Assembly (NCBI GenBank): GCA_963599585.1
Contig: CAVBXG010000003.1
Span: 11,346-75,345, forward strand
Source of the DNA: a bacterium
GTDB lineage: Bacteria > Spirochaetota > Spirochaetia > Treponematales > Treponemataceae
Direction of reading: 5' to 3'
Length of the DNA: 64,000 nt
The first letter of the stretch is position 1, and each line of letters starts with the position of its first letter. The notes below the pieces were generated by a model. It searched no databases. It was given only the letters and a program-made list of their open reading frames with translations, and was not told the DNA's origin. Both the position numbers and the translations under genes were made by a program. This document shows positions 27,968-36,249 of this stretch, piece after piece.

Positions 27968-29231
27968 CGTGAAGAACCTCCGCCACTTTCATATCAAGAA
28001 CATTTTTGCTTGCCTGCCAAGCCGCCAGCAAAGGTGAGGCAATTCCAAAAAGCGTGATAAAAAATATCTCGTGAAAAATCATTTTCGCCGGAATCTGCGC
28101 AAAAACCGTGAACATATAATTCTGCGTCAAAAATCCCGCGAAATCAAAAATCGGCTTTATATTCACGCAAATCAAAAGTCCAAGGACAAGTCCGCAGAAA
28201 GAACCGGCAGCACCGCTTGTAAAGCCGCGCATTATAAAAATCGACTTTATCTCATTTTTAGTTCCGCCCAAAGCAGACAAAATTGAAATTTCCTGACGTT
28301 TTTCAAAGACAAGACGGCGCATTCCGTTGTAAATATTTATTCCCACAACAACAAAAATAATGCACACAAGAAGCATAAGAATATTTTTTTCAATCCGAAG
28401 CGCACCAAAGAACGATTTGTTAAATTCGCGCCAGGACTGAATTTTTACTTCCGGGAATTTCTGCTTTATTTCAGAAAGAACCGCAACATCATTTTCAAAA
28501 TTTTTAAGTTTTATGCTGTAAACCGGAACAGAATCCTGCCCAAAATATTTTTTTGCGGAATCCAGATTTACAAAACCGTAGCTTTGCTCAATATCGATAT
28601 AATTGCAGTCAAAAATTCCTGTAACAGTAAACTGACGGTTCTGGGAAATCAGCGCGACATCTTTTCCTCCAGCCAACGCCAAAAGGTTCACCACCGAACC
28701 GACAGTAACTCCAAGCTGATTTGCGAGAGCCTTTCCAAGAACAATTCCATCAGAAGTCTCAAGGTTAAATTTTCCAAGCACAATTTTTACCTGCTCCGCA
28801 AAACCTTTGTCAATCTCGCGGATATTCGGTTCAACTGCCCGGATTACAGCCGCCGCCTGCTTGTTTCTGCCGCCTACAACAAGTCCCTGCGACTCAACAA
28901 ACGGAGAAACGCAGGAAATTTTCGGATTTTCCGCGCAAAAATCAAAAAAATCAGTAAAATTTTCGTCAGGAATTTCTGTAACACGAAGATGTGCCGAGGA
29001 AATTTCCATAATCGGATTTATTGAAAAAAACTGGAATCCATTCATAACGCTAACAACTGTAATCAGCGTCATAACGCCAAAACAAATTCCAAGGGTAGAC
29101 AAAAAATTTGTCGCGGAAGTCCGGCCTTTTCTGTCAATGCGAGCAAAACGCCGGGAAACTTCAAAAATCCACTTTAACGACGCAGAAAATCTTTTACTTT
29201 TCATAATCTTGAACGCTCCTGACAATTCCAT
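27960..29231 (-). CDS. lolC: Lipoprotein-releasing ABC transporter permease (LolC/LolE, FtsX-like)
   Basis: 423 aa with the same architecture as 25935..27266 (FEKRQEISILSALGGT). An alternative start at ATG 29204 is preceded by AGGAG. Confidence 0.8.
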   Translation of the reverse strand: MELSGAFKIMKSKRFSASLKWIFEVSRRFARIDRKGRTSATNFLSTLGICFGVMTLITVVSVMNGFQFFSINPIMEISSAHLRVTEIPDENFTDFFDFCAENPKISCVSPFVESQGLVVGGRNKQAAAVIRAVEPNIREIDKGFAEQVKIVLGKFNLETSDGIVLGKALANQLGVTVGSVVNLLALAGGKDVALISQNRQFTVTGIFDCNYIDIEQSYGFVNLDSAKKYFGQDSVPVYSIKLKNFENDVAVLSEIKQKFPEVKIQSWREFNKSFFGALRIEKNILMLLVCIIFVVVGINIYNGMRRLVFEKRQEISILSALGGTKNEIKSIFIMRGFTSGAAGSFCGLVLGLLICVNIKPIFDFAGFLTQNYMFTVFAQIPAKMIFHEIFFITLFGIASPLLAAWQASKNVLDMKVAEVLHDE

Positions 29232-30285
29232 TCAGATAAAGCAAGTCTTTTTTGCGCCGTCCGTTCTCGTAATAAGACTCAACAACAAAACCGCCGTCAA
29301 AAGTCATTGTGGTTATGTATGAATCTGCGGAACTGTAAACTGTTGAAACGCGGAGTTTTCCGTTCTCATAGAAAAAATAATCCGGCGAGCCATCCTGAAT
29401 TTTGTATTCGTAGACGTCTTTTTTTGAAGAAGTTCCAAGAACGCGCGATTTATTTTTGTCATAAGAATATTCCTCAAAATATTTTTCAAGAATTTTTCCG
29501 CTTTCAGAATATTTCCATTCAGTTTTGCTTTCAAGAACGAATTTTCCGGCTTTTTTTTCGTCTTTTTTGAAAAACGCATAATTTTTTGAGCTTACAGCAC
29601 GTCCTTTCTGGTCGTAAAGAATCTCGTGCTTTTCGTTTTCAGAAACAATTGTGCTTGCAAAAGGTTTCGCACCGTCTGAATATTTAAATTCCTGGGTTTC
29701 CACAATTTTTGAAGAAGAAATTCCGCTAGAAATGTCCCAGTTTTCTTTTTTCACAAGGCGCATTTCTTCATCATAATAGCTTCTGACCGTTTTTTTTCCA
29801 TCTGATTTTACGATTGTGCTTCCAGAATCAGTCTTTTGAACAGAAAGTTCCTCGTCGTCATAGGAATAAAGGGAAAGCGCCTTTTCCTCATTCAGATATT
29901 TTTTTTCAACGGCTGGTTTTGTTTCTGCTGAATTTCTCAATACCGCGCCAGCAATTTCGCTGATTTCTTTTTCCTCTGAATTTTTAAGCTTTTCTGAAAG
30001 CGCAGAATATTCTTCCGGCGCACGGACTGAAAAAACTTTGCCATTTGCAAAAAGTTCCTTAATCCAGTTTCCGTCATCCGCGGAAGAATCGTAATCCTGA
30101 TATGAAAATGAAATTTCCGGAACCTGAAAACCAAGAAATTCGCCGAACGGAACCGGTCCCTGCTCAAAAGTCCAGACCGGAAAGCTCAAGAAATCCGTCC
30201 ACGCCTTGATTTTTAAGTTTTGGGCATTCACTAAAGCGGTTGAAAAAAATAAAAATACGGCAAAAATCCTGGCAATTTTTTTCAA
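29194..30285 (-). CDS. Hypothetical secreted protein with YD/MORN-like short repeats
   Basis: 363 aa with a signal peptide (ARIFAVFLFFSTALVNAQ). Repeated Y-x-x-x-G-K/R segments occur (ILYDQKGRAVSSKNY, FFYENGKLRVSTVY, SYYENGRRKKDLLYLNG). Its 3' end overlaps the lolC start. Confidence 0.5.
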   Translation of the reverse strand: MKKIARIFAVFLFFSTALVNAQNLKIKAWTDFLSFPVWTFEQGPVPFGEFLGFQVPEISFSYQDYDSSADDGNWIKELFANGKVFSVRAPEEYSALSEKLKNSEEKEISEIAGAVLRNSAETKPAVEKKYLNEEKALSLYSYDDEELSVQKTDSGSTIVKSDGKKTVRSYYDEEMRLVKKENWDISSGISSSKIVETQEFKYSDGAKPFASTIVSENEKHEILYDQKGRAVSSKNYAFFKKDEKKAGKFVLESKTEWKYSESGKILEKYFEEYSYDKNKSRVLGTSSKKDVYEYKIQDGSPDYFFYENGKLRVSTVYSSADSYITTMTFDGGFVVESYYENGRRKKDLLYLNGIVRSVQDYEK

Positions 30286-30289
30286 AGCG

Positions 30290-31162
30290 TTAGAGTCCTA
30301 AAAAATCGTCGATGTATTTAGCTGCGGAAAAACGCGAAATATCTTCATATTTTTCGCCATTGCAGACAAAAGCAACAGGAATTCCAAGCTCTTTTCCAAT
30401 TCCGACTGCAACTCCGCCTTTTGCGGTTGAATCATATTTTGTCAAGAGAACCGCATCAAGTTTTACCGCATCGTTAAAAACTTCAGCCTGGCGCAAAGCG
30501 TTCTGTCCGGTTGTCGCGTCAATCACAAGAATTTTTTTGTAGCAGCCGGCACTAGCTTTCTGGGAACAAATCTTGTCGATTTTCTGGAGTTCCTTCACAA
30601 GATTTTCCTTGTTGTGAAGCCGTCCCGCAGTATCCGCCAGCACAAGTCCATTTCCTTTTGCCGCGCTCGCTTCCGCAGCGTCAAAAACAACCGCCGCCGG
30701 ATCTGAACCATGCTGATGGCTTACAACACGGATTCCAAGCCGTTCCCCATGAAGATTCAGCTGCTCAATTGCGGCAGCCCTAAAAGTATCCGCGGAAGCC
30801 ATAACAACATTTTCAATTCCGTTTTTCTTGTAGAAATTCGCAAGTTTTGCAACGCTTGTTGTTTTTCCAACGCCATTAACTCCAAGAATCATCCATATAT
30901 TTGTTCCTTCCGGATCCGGATTCAGCTCAATTTCCTTTACAAATTCCAGAAGCATTTTCTTCAATTCAAGTTTTACGCCCTGCTCATCAGAAATGTGTTC
31001 CTTTTTGCAGATTTCCTCAAGCCGGGTTGAAAGCTCAAATGCTGTTTTCGCGCCCACATCGCCTTCAATAAGATTATCCGCAAGCTCGTCAAAAAAATCC
31101 GAAGAAAGCTGATTTCCTTTAAAAAGTTTTTTTATCTTATCCTTGAACGATTCTTTTTCCAT
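30290..31162 (-). CDS. ftsY: Signal recognition particle receptor FtsY
   Basis: NG domain motifs ILGVNGVGKTTSVAKLA, LADTAGRLHNK and LTKYDSTAKGG. ATG 31162 is preceded by AGGAAA at suitable spacing, and it starts 2 nt after the upstream stop. Confidence 0.9.
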   Translation of the reverse strand: MEKESFKDKIKKLFKGNQLSSDFFDELADNLIEGDVGAKTAFELSTRLEEICKKEHISDEQGVKLELKKMLLEFVKEIELNPDPEGTNIWMILGVNGVGKTTSVAKLANFYKKNGIENVVMASADTFRAAAIEQLNLHGERLGIRVVSHQHGSDPAAVVFDAAEASAAKGNGLVLADTAGRLHNKENLVKELQKIDKICSQKASAGCYKKILVIDATTGQNALRQAEVFNDAVKLDAVLLTKYDSTAKGGVAVGIGKELGIPVAFVCNGEKYEDISRFSAAKYIDDFLGL

Positions 31163-31163
31163 T

Positions 31164-33008
31164 TTATGCTCCATTTTCCTGTTCAAAAATTTGTATTTCA
31201 TCTGCATTTTCCAAAGAATTTTGCAAGTTTTCCTCTTCAGAATCAATTTTTTGCTGTTTTTCGTTTTCAATCTGCTGCAGGATAGCCTGTTTTTCTTTTT
31301 TGCTCAAAGTTTTTGCAGATTTCGGAAGAACATTTTCCGCGGCAACAAGATACCGAATCAACTCATACACAAAAAATGCACCAGCCGTAGCGGAAACGCC
31401 AATCATCACATTCGAGGCGGTCTGCCAGCTTTTTGCGTCATCATAGGAAATATCAACATTGTTGTTGTAAGCCTGGCTTTTTGCGTAGGAATTTCCGTAC
31501 ACATAAAAAGTCGGAATCAAAGAAACTATGAGCGCGCTGTAGCTTGCGTACATCCAGCGGCGACGTTTTTCAATATAATCACTGCGGTCAAAAGGTTTTG
31601 CGTCCACAGAAAGAAATTCTCCATCCTTTAAAAGTTTTGCCGGAATCAAAAAATCCACTGAACTTCCATCTGAATCAAAAAAATGCCCAAGAACATTCCT
31701 GTTGTTGACTTTTATGGTTCCAAAAGGATTTTCAGGAGTTACCGCACCGCCAAAAATTCCATTTCCAAAAATATCGCCGGAATAAGGTTTTGCAAGCCGG
31801 ATTTTTATCTCGCCAACCTGAGTTTCTTTCATCTCAACATCGATTTTAAATTTCCTGCTGCCAGAAAATCCATAGCTTGAAGAAACAGTGTCAAATCCAT
31901 CAGAAGAAAATGTGACTGTATGAACGCCACTCTGCACAATGATAGGACGAGAAATATTCCTATACACAACCCCGTCAATCGTGACCACAAGTTTTTCCAA
32001 TGCAGTTTCGGGTTCAACAGAAATATTCAGCTCAACAGGCATGCTGTCCGCAATTCTTGGCGTAATCTGCAGCGCAAGCGAAATCGCAAGAACCCTCAAA
32101 TTGCCAATCGAGCCGACATCCATCGCGCTACCGATAAGCCGCCCGCCCGGATACTGATACAACGAGACCGCGCACGAGATATAAGAGCCGTAGACTGTCA
32201 CAGTTCCCGTAAGCAGACCGTTTATTTTTGCGTCAACACACGCTTTTTCAAACGCATAGGACGAATATCCCTGGGCGCGCTTTTCCTCTCCGGCGTCAAA
32301 AAATTTGCTGAAATCATTCTGGTAAAGAACAACATTCTCAATAACCGGCTCATCGCTGGAATTTTTTGCCATTTCCCTAAAAAGCTCGGCAAATTTATTT
32401 TTTCCTTTCTGTTCGTCTACAATCTGCCCTTCATCAATCCGCTTTTTCCGCCTTTCATCCGCCTCAATCTGGAAAGCGTATTTTTCGTTTTCTTTTTTTA
32501 CTTCCAGAAGATTCTCGTCTATTTTCTTTTGAATCGCGTCAATTTTCTTTTCCGATTCATTAAGCTTCATTTTCAGTTTTTTAGAAGAATAATCGTTCAA
32601 AAGAATTGAATCCCGCGTCTTCACCTCTTTTGAAAGCTGAAGGAACAAATCAATCCGCGCCTTCTGAAGCTCGTACAGCGAACGGTCAAGTTTTTCCTGC
32701 CCGCGTGGACTGCGCTCAAGATTTTCCGCAAGCTGCTCAAGAATCAAAGCCGGAAGAGTTGAATTTATTGAATCAAACGACGCCGAATCATTCTTTTGGC
32801 TCAAAGTAAATTTTTCCGCCGCCAAAGTCCATTTTTTTTCAGAATCAGCCGCCAGCGCAGGAAAAACCGAAAAAATAAAAACGGACAAGGCAAACAAAGA
32901 GAAAATCAATTTTTTGCAGAAAAGATTAAACGTCGTCGTCGGTCGCCCCTGAGTCCATCGGAAGCCCCTTCCACTGCGCAAGAAGATAAGCGTCCATAAA
33001 TTGATCAA
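31164..33008 (-). CDS. Hypothetical envelope protein: signal peptide, long coiled coil, PEGA-like beta domain, C-terminal TM helices
   Basis: The FSLFALSVFIFSVFPALA signal is followed by a K/E-rich coiled coil. VVTIDGVVYRNISRPIIVQSGVHTVTFSSDGFDTV resembles a PEGA domain. Two hydrophobic helices lie near the C-terminus. The ATG at 33008 overlaps prfB by 83 nt, so the true start may be the TTG near 32909. Confidence 0.5.
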   Translation of the reverse strand: MINLWTLIFLRSGRGFRWTQGRPTTTFNLFCKKLIFSLFALSVFIFSVFPALAADSEKKWTLAAEKFTLSQKNDSASFDSINSTLPALILEQLAENLERSPRGQEKLDRSLYELQKARIDLFLQLSKEVKTRDSILLNDYSSKKLKMKLNESEKKIDAIQKKIDENLLEVKKENEKYAFQIEADERRKKRIDEGQIVDEQKGKNKFAELFREMAKNSSDEPVIENVVLYQNDFSKFFDAGEEKRAQGYSSYAFEKACVDAKINGLLTGTVTVYGSYISCAVSLYQYPGGRLIGSAMDVGSIGNLRVLAISLALQITPRIADSMPVELNISVEPETALEKLVVTIDGVVYRNISRPIIVQSGVHTVTFSSDGFDTVSSSYGFSGSRKFKIDVEMKETQVGEIKIRLAKPYSGDIFGNGIFGGAVTPENPFGTIKVNNRNVLGHFFDSDGSSVDFLIPAKLLKDGEFLSVDAKPFDRSDYIEKRRRWMYASYSALIVSLIPTFYVYGNSYAKSQAYNNNVDISYDDAKSWQTASNVMIGVSATAGAFFVYELIRYLVAAENVLPKSAKTLSKKEKQAILQQIENEKQQKIDSEEENLQNSLENADEIQIFEQENGA

Positions 33009-34059
33009 TATCGCCGTCCATTACAGCCTGAATATTTCCAGTCTCGCATTTTGTGCGGTGGTCTTTTACCATTGTGTACGGCTGGAAAACGTAGGAACGA
33101 ATCTGGTTTCCCCAGGAAATATCCTTTTTTTCCGCGCCGAATTTCGCGTTTTCCTTTTCTTTCTGCTCGCGGTAATATTCGTAAAGCCGTGCCCGGAGCA
33201 TGCTCATACAAGCCTGACGGTTAAAAATCTGGCTGCGCTCGCTCTGGCATGCAACAACAATTCCCGTAGGAATATGCGTAAAACGCACCGCGGAATCCGT
33301 CTTGTTCACATGCTGACCGCCCTTTCCGCCCGCGCGGTAAGTGTCAACCCGCAAATCTTCCGGACGGATTTCAACCTCAATGGAATCATCCAGAACCGGA
33401 AAAACATAAACGCTCGCAAAAGACGTGTGCCGGCGCGCATTCGCGTCAAAAGGAGAAATACGCACAAGCCGGTGGATTCCAGCCTCGCCCTTCAGATGAC
33501 CATAAACATAATCACCGTCAATCTGCAAAGTTACAGATTTTATTCCGCCTTCCGCCTCAAGCATATCAACAACTTCAATCTTAAAACCGTGCCGTTCAGC
33601 CCAGCGCGTGTACATACGGCAAAGCATTCTGGCCCAGTCCTCAGCCTCAGTTCCGCCAGCCCCGGCATGAATCGTAATAAACGCCGCAGAATCGTCAACC
33701 TCGCCGGAAAGAAGATTCAAAATATTCAGTTCCTCAAATTTTTTCTGGGCTTTCTCAAGCATTAAGCGGACTTCTTCCTCATCGCTAGCCTCACCGCTTT
33801 CCTCAGCAAGCTCATACATCGCCTGAATATCCTCGTAATCGCCCAAAAGCTGCTTCCACGGTTCAACACGATTTTTTAGCTTTCTGATTTCCGCCATCAC
33901 TTTCTCAGCCTTCTCGTGGTCGTCCCAAAAACCATTAGCTTCCGTAAGTTTATTCTTCTCATCAATTTTTTTCTGAATCGCATCCGGATCAAGACGGCTC
34001 CAAACACCATCAATATCTTCCTTCAACTGCGCAATCGGCATCTTAAGTTCTTCGAGCAT
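32926..34059 (-). CDS. prfB: Peptide chain release factor 2, encoded in a single uninterrupted frame
   Basis: SPF tripeptide (RISPFDANARRHTSFASV) and GGQ motif (RAGGKGGQHVNKTDSAVR). The N-terminal region SRLDPDAIQKK is in frame, so no +1 frameshift is needed. Confidence 0.95.
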   Translation of the reverse strand: MLEELKMPIAQLKEDIDGVWSRLDPDAIQKKIDEKNKLTEANGFWDDHEKAEKVMAEIRKLKNRVEPWKQLLGDYEDIQAMYELAEESGEASDEEEVRLMLEKAQKKFEELNILNLLSGEVDDSAAFITIHAGAGGTEAEDWARMLCRMYTRWAERHGFKIEVVDMLEAEGGIKSVTLQIDGDYVYGHLKGEAGIHRLVRISPFDANARRHTSFASVYVFPVLDDSIEVEIRPEDLRVDTYRAGGKGGQHVNKTDSAVRFTHIPTGIVVACQSERSQIFNRQACMSMLRARLYEYYREQKEKENAKFGAEKKDISWGNQIRSYVFQPYTMVKDHRTKCETGNIQAVMDGDIDQFMDAYLLAQWKGLPMDSGATDDDV

Positions 34060-34129
34060 ACATTTCTCTTTTCGTGTAAATATCCCTTAATTTTATAGAG
34101 AATTCAGCCTTTAGTAAATAATAGAATTT

Positions 34130-34149
34130 AAAAGGGCGAAGCCTCGCCC
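34130..34149 (-). terminator. Second GC-rich hairpin plus T4 (weak terminator) upstream of prfB
   Basis: Minus strand reads GGGCGA ggct TCGCCC TTTT, a 6-bp GC-rich stem with a tetraloop and a short T run. Confidence 0.4.
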
Positions 34150-34230
34150 TGCGCCTCAAACCTGCGGTTTTCGTCTACCCACTCTCCTAAGGGGACACCC
34201 CTTAAAAACCCCGGAAAAGTATTCTAAAAT

Positions 34231-34269
34231 AAAAAAAAACGCAGCCGGCTCAAAATAGTTCCGCCTGCG
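34231..34269 (-). terminator. Rho-independent terminator of the lipoprotein gene
   Basis: Minus strand reads cgcaggcgg - 12-nt loop - ccggctgcg (9-bp stem, one mismatch) followed by T9, about 40 nt after the stop at 34308. Confidence 0.7.
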
Positions 34270-34307
34270 GACAGTTTGTCAATACAATAAACAGACTGTT
34301 TTATTTA

Positions 34308-36143
34308 TTATTCGCTTACTTTTGCAAATACAGAAGAATCAGAAACAAGAGCCTTTACAACATAGTAAAGAGTTGAAACATTAGATTCTGTAGAACGTTT
34401 ATCTTCAATATCTTTTTTGCAGAATTCTGTTTCTCCTGCTGGATATGCAAGTTCCACATTTCCAAGGTTTGCTGTAGTAACACTAACAGAATCAAAATAG
34501 TCTTTGCTTGTTGTTGTTACAACTTTGTAAAGAGTGTATCTGTAGTTTGAAACCGAATCAACTTTTGAATCTTTTGCTATATATTCTGTTACAGTAACTT
34601 TTGTTCCGTCTGAAGTAACATCAAGCGTATAACCAAGTGCTTCTGCCGGACTTACAATTATAACTTCATATACAGAAGCATCTTTTTTATCTTTTTCAGA
34701 TGCTGTAAGTTTTACAAGATATGTTCCAGCCTTGGCTTTTTCAATGTAATTGATGTAAGAATCCGCATATCCGTCATTGTTTGCAAGCTCAAGAACAGTA
34801 AACTCAGAAGGAATATATTCCACTGCATCACCATCTGCATTTTCTGCAAGTTTTACATAAGAAAGTGTAAGCGTCTGATTTTCGTTTGCTTTTTCAGAAG
34901 TAATCTTTATTGTGTTTTCAACACCATCTGTACTTCCAACAAATGTACTTACATAAAGTGTCGGACTGTCAGTTTCTTGAACTGTAACAGCTGCCAGCCT
35001 TTTAGAGTTATTATATACATCATAACTTCCAAAATATGTTCCATCTGTATGAACTACATAATATGTATATCCAATAGAATCATCTTCTACAGTGTCTGTA
35101 ATGTAGTAACCTTCGGAAACAACTGTTGCTCCGCCAGTAACATCGTCTGCTTTCTGTCCTTCTTTTACTTCCGCATCAAGTGCTGTCCAAGTAGAATCTG
35201 CATCTGAACTTCTGTAAACCTTAAAGTTTTCAACTGGAGAATTTTTTCCTGTAGCCATAAGTTTCGCAGGAGCCCAACTTACAACAACAGATTTTGAAGC
35301 AATGTATCTTGCATCAACATTTGTAACTGGCATTGATTCCCCAATGTCTTTTGCTGTTAAAGAGCCAAGTTTCACAACAACAGGCTTATAAAGGTCTGAA
35401 ACAGAAGTTACTGTAAGAAGAATTTCAACTTCAGAAGAACTTACAACTGGTGTAGAAAATTCGGCCTTGTAGTCTTCTTTATAGTTTTCAGTATATACAT
35501 TAGCGGCAACTGAATCACCCAAAGCCTCATATTTTCCTTTTGGAACACAAGCAATTCCGTACTTAAAACCTGCCGTCGCCGGATATTCTGCATAGTAGTA
35601 TTCTTGATTTACTGAAAGTTTTACATTTTCTGAAGCTTTTGTAACAAGTTTTTCGTAGTATTTTTTGATATAGTCTTTAGCGGAATCGGAAACTGGCTCT
35701 GCAGAAATTGCAGGTGAACCGGCAGTAGGAACAACAGCCTTTACAGAAGCAGTACCTTTTGAATTTTTTACATACACTTCACGGCTTGCAGGATCAGTAT
35801 CGCTTACAGCTTCTACAATGTATTTATATTCCTTTCCATCTGCAAGAATATGGTCAGAAGAAGCAATATCCGCATAACACGTAACATCAGAAGCGACATT
35901 TCTTAACACAGAATAGCCACCATCCTGAACTCTGTAGATTTTATAGCCCTGGGCACTTGTTACAGGCTCCCATGAAATATAGTTTACGCCTGGATAAGCC
36001 TTTGCCGTTACCCTAGGAGCATCCAGAGAATAAATGGTGTCTGTTTTCGCATCATATTCAGTAGAATCTCCACAAGACTCAAAACCAAATACTGAAACGG
36101 CAATCAAGCCAGTTCCCAAAAGTTTAAAGATTGTTTTTTTCAC
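34308..36143 (-). CDS. Surface/periplasmic lipoprotein with three Fn3-like modules
   Basis: 611 aa. GTG start is preceded by GGAGG. Lipoprotein-type signal MKKTIFKLLGTGLIAVSVFGFESC. Recurrent module signatures: YKIYRVQDGG...YKYIVEAVS, FKVYRSSDADSTWTAL...YTYYVVHTD, YRYTLYKVV...LYYVVKAL. It has its own promoter and terminator. Confidence 0.7.
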   Translation of the reverse strand: MKKTIFKLLGTGLIAVSVFGFESCGDSTEYDAKTDTIYSLDAPRVTAKAYPGVNYISWEPVTSAQGYKIYRVQDGGYSVLRNVASDVTCYADIASSDHILADGKEYKYIVEAVSDTDPASREVYVKNSKGTASVKAVVPTAGSPAISAEPVSDSAKDYIKKYYEKLVTKASENVKLSVNQEYYYAEYPATAGFKYGIACVPKGKYEALGDSVAANVYTENYKEDYKAEFSTPVVSSSEVEILLTVTSVSDLYKPVVVKLGSLTAKDIGESMPVTNVDARYIASKSVVVSWAPAKLMATGKNSPVENFKVYRSSDADSTWTALDAEVKEGQKADDVTGGATVVSEGYYITDTVEDDSIGYTYYVVHTDGTYFGSYDVYNNSKRLAAVTVQETDSPTLYVSTFVGSTDGVENTIKITSEKANENQTLTLSYVKLAENADGDAVEYIPSEFTVLELANNDGYADSYINYIEKAKAGTYLVKLTASEKDKKDASVYEVIIVSPAEALGYTLDVTSDGTKVTVTEYIAKDSKVDSVSNYRYTLYKVVTTTSKDYFDSVSVTTANLGNVELAYPAGETEFCKKDIEDKRSTESNVSTLYYVVKALVSDSSVFAKVSE

Positions 36144-36161
36144 AAAAACCTCCGTAAATAT

Positions 36162-36240
36162 TCAGAGAGTTCTTGCAAATGATAAGATTTATGCTTTAAA
36201 AGCAAAAAAAACTTGTATTAAGCCAAATGCTTAACTCTCT
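36162..36240 (-). other. 9-bp perfect inverted repeat bracketing most of the predicted lipoprotein 5' UTR (potential 5'-terminal stem)
   Basis: Plus-strand cagagagtt (36162..36170) and aactctctg (36232..36240) are exact reverse complements, 61 nt apart. The distal arm starts about 3 nt after the predicted TSS and the proximal arm ends about 12 nt before the GGAGG RBS. Confidence 0.4.
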
Positions 36241-36249
36241 GATGACTGA

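Noticed and set aside
31920-33765. 229-aa and 254-aa plus-strand ORFs antisense to the PEGA-like gene and prfB
   Set aside because: They are shadow ORFs opposite well-supported genes (RF2 has SPF and GGQ motifs). They are R/N/F-rich and have no RBS.
34100-34300. GC-rich intergenic segment as a tRNA or known housekeeping RNA (SRP, 6S, tmRNA, RNase P)
   Set aside because: It shows no cloverleaf, no GTTCGAATC-like T-arm, no SRP GGAA-tetraloop/AGCAGC motif, and its length is inappropriate for the others. It is kept only as an unclassified structured element.
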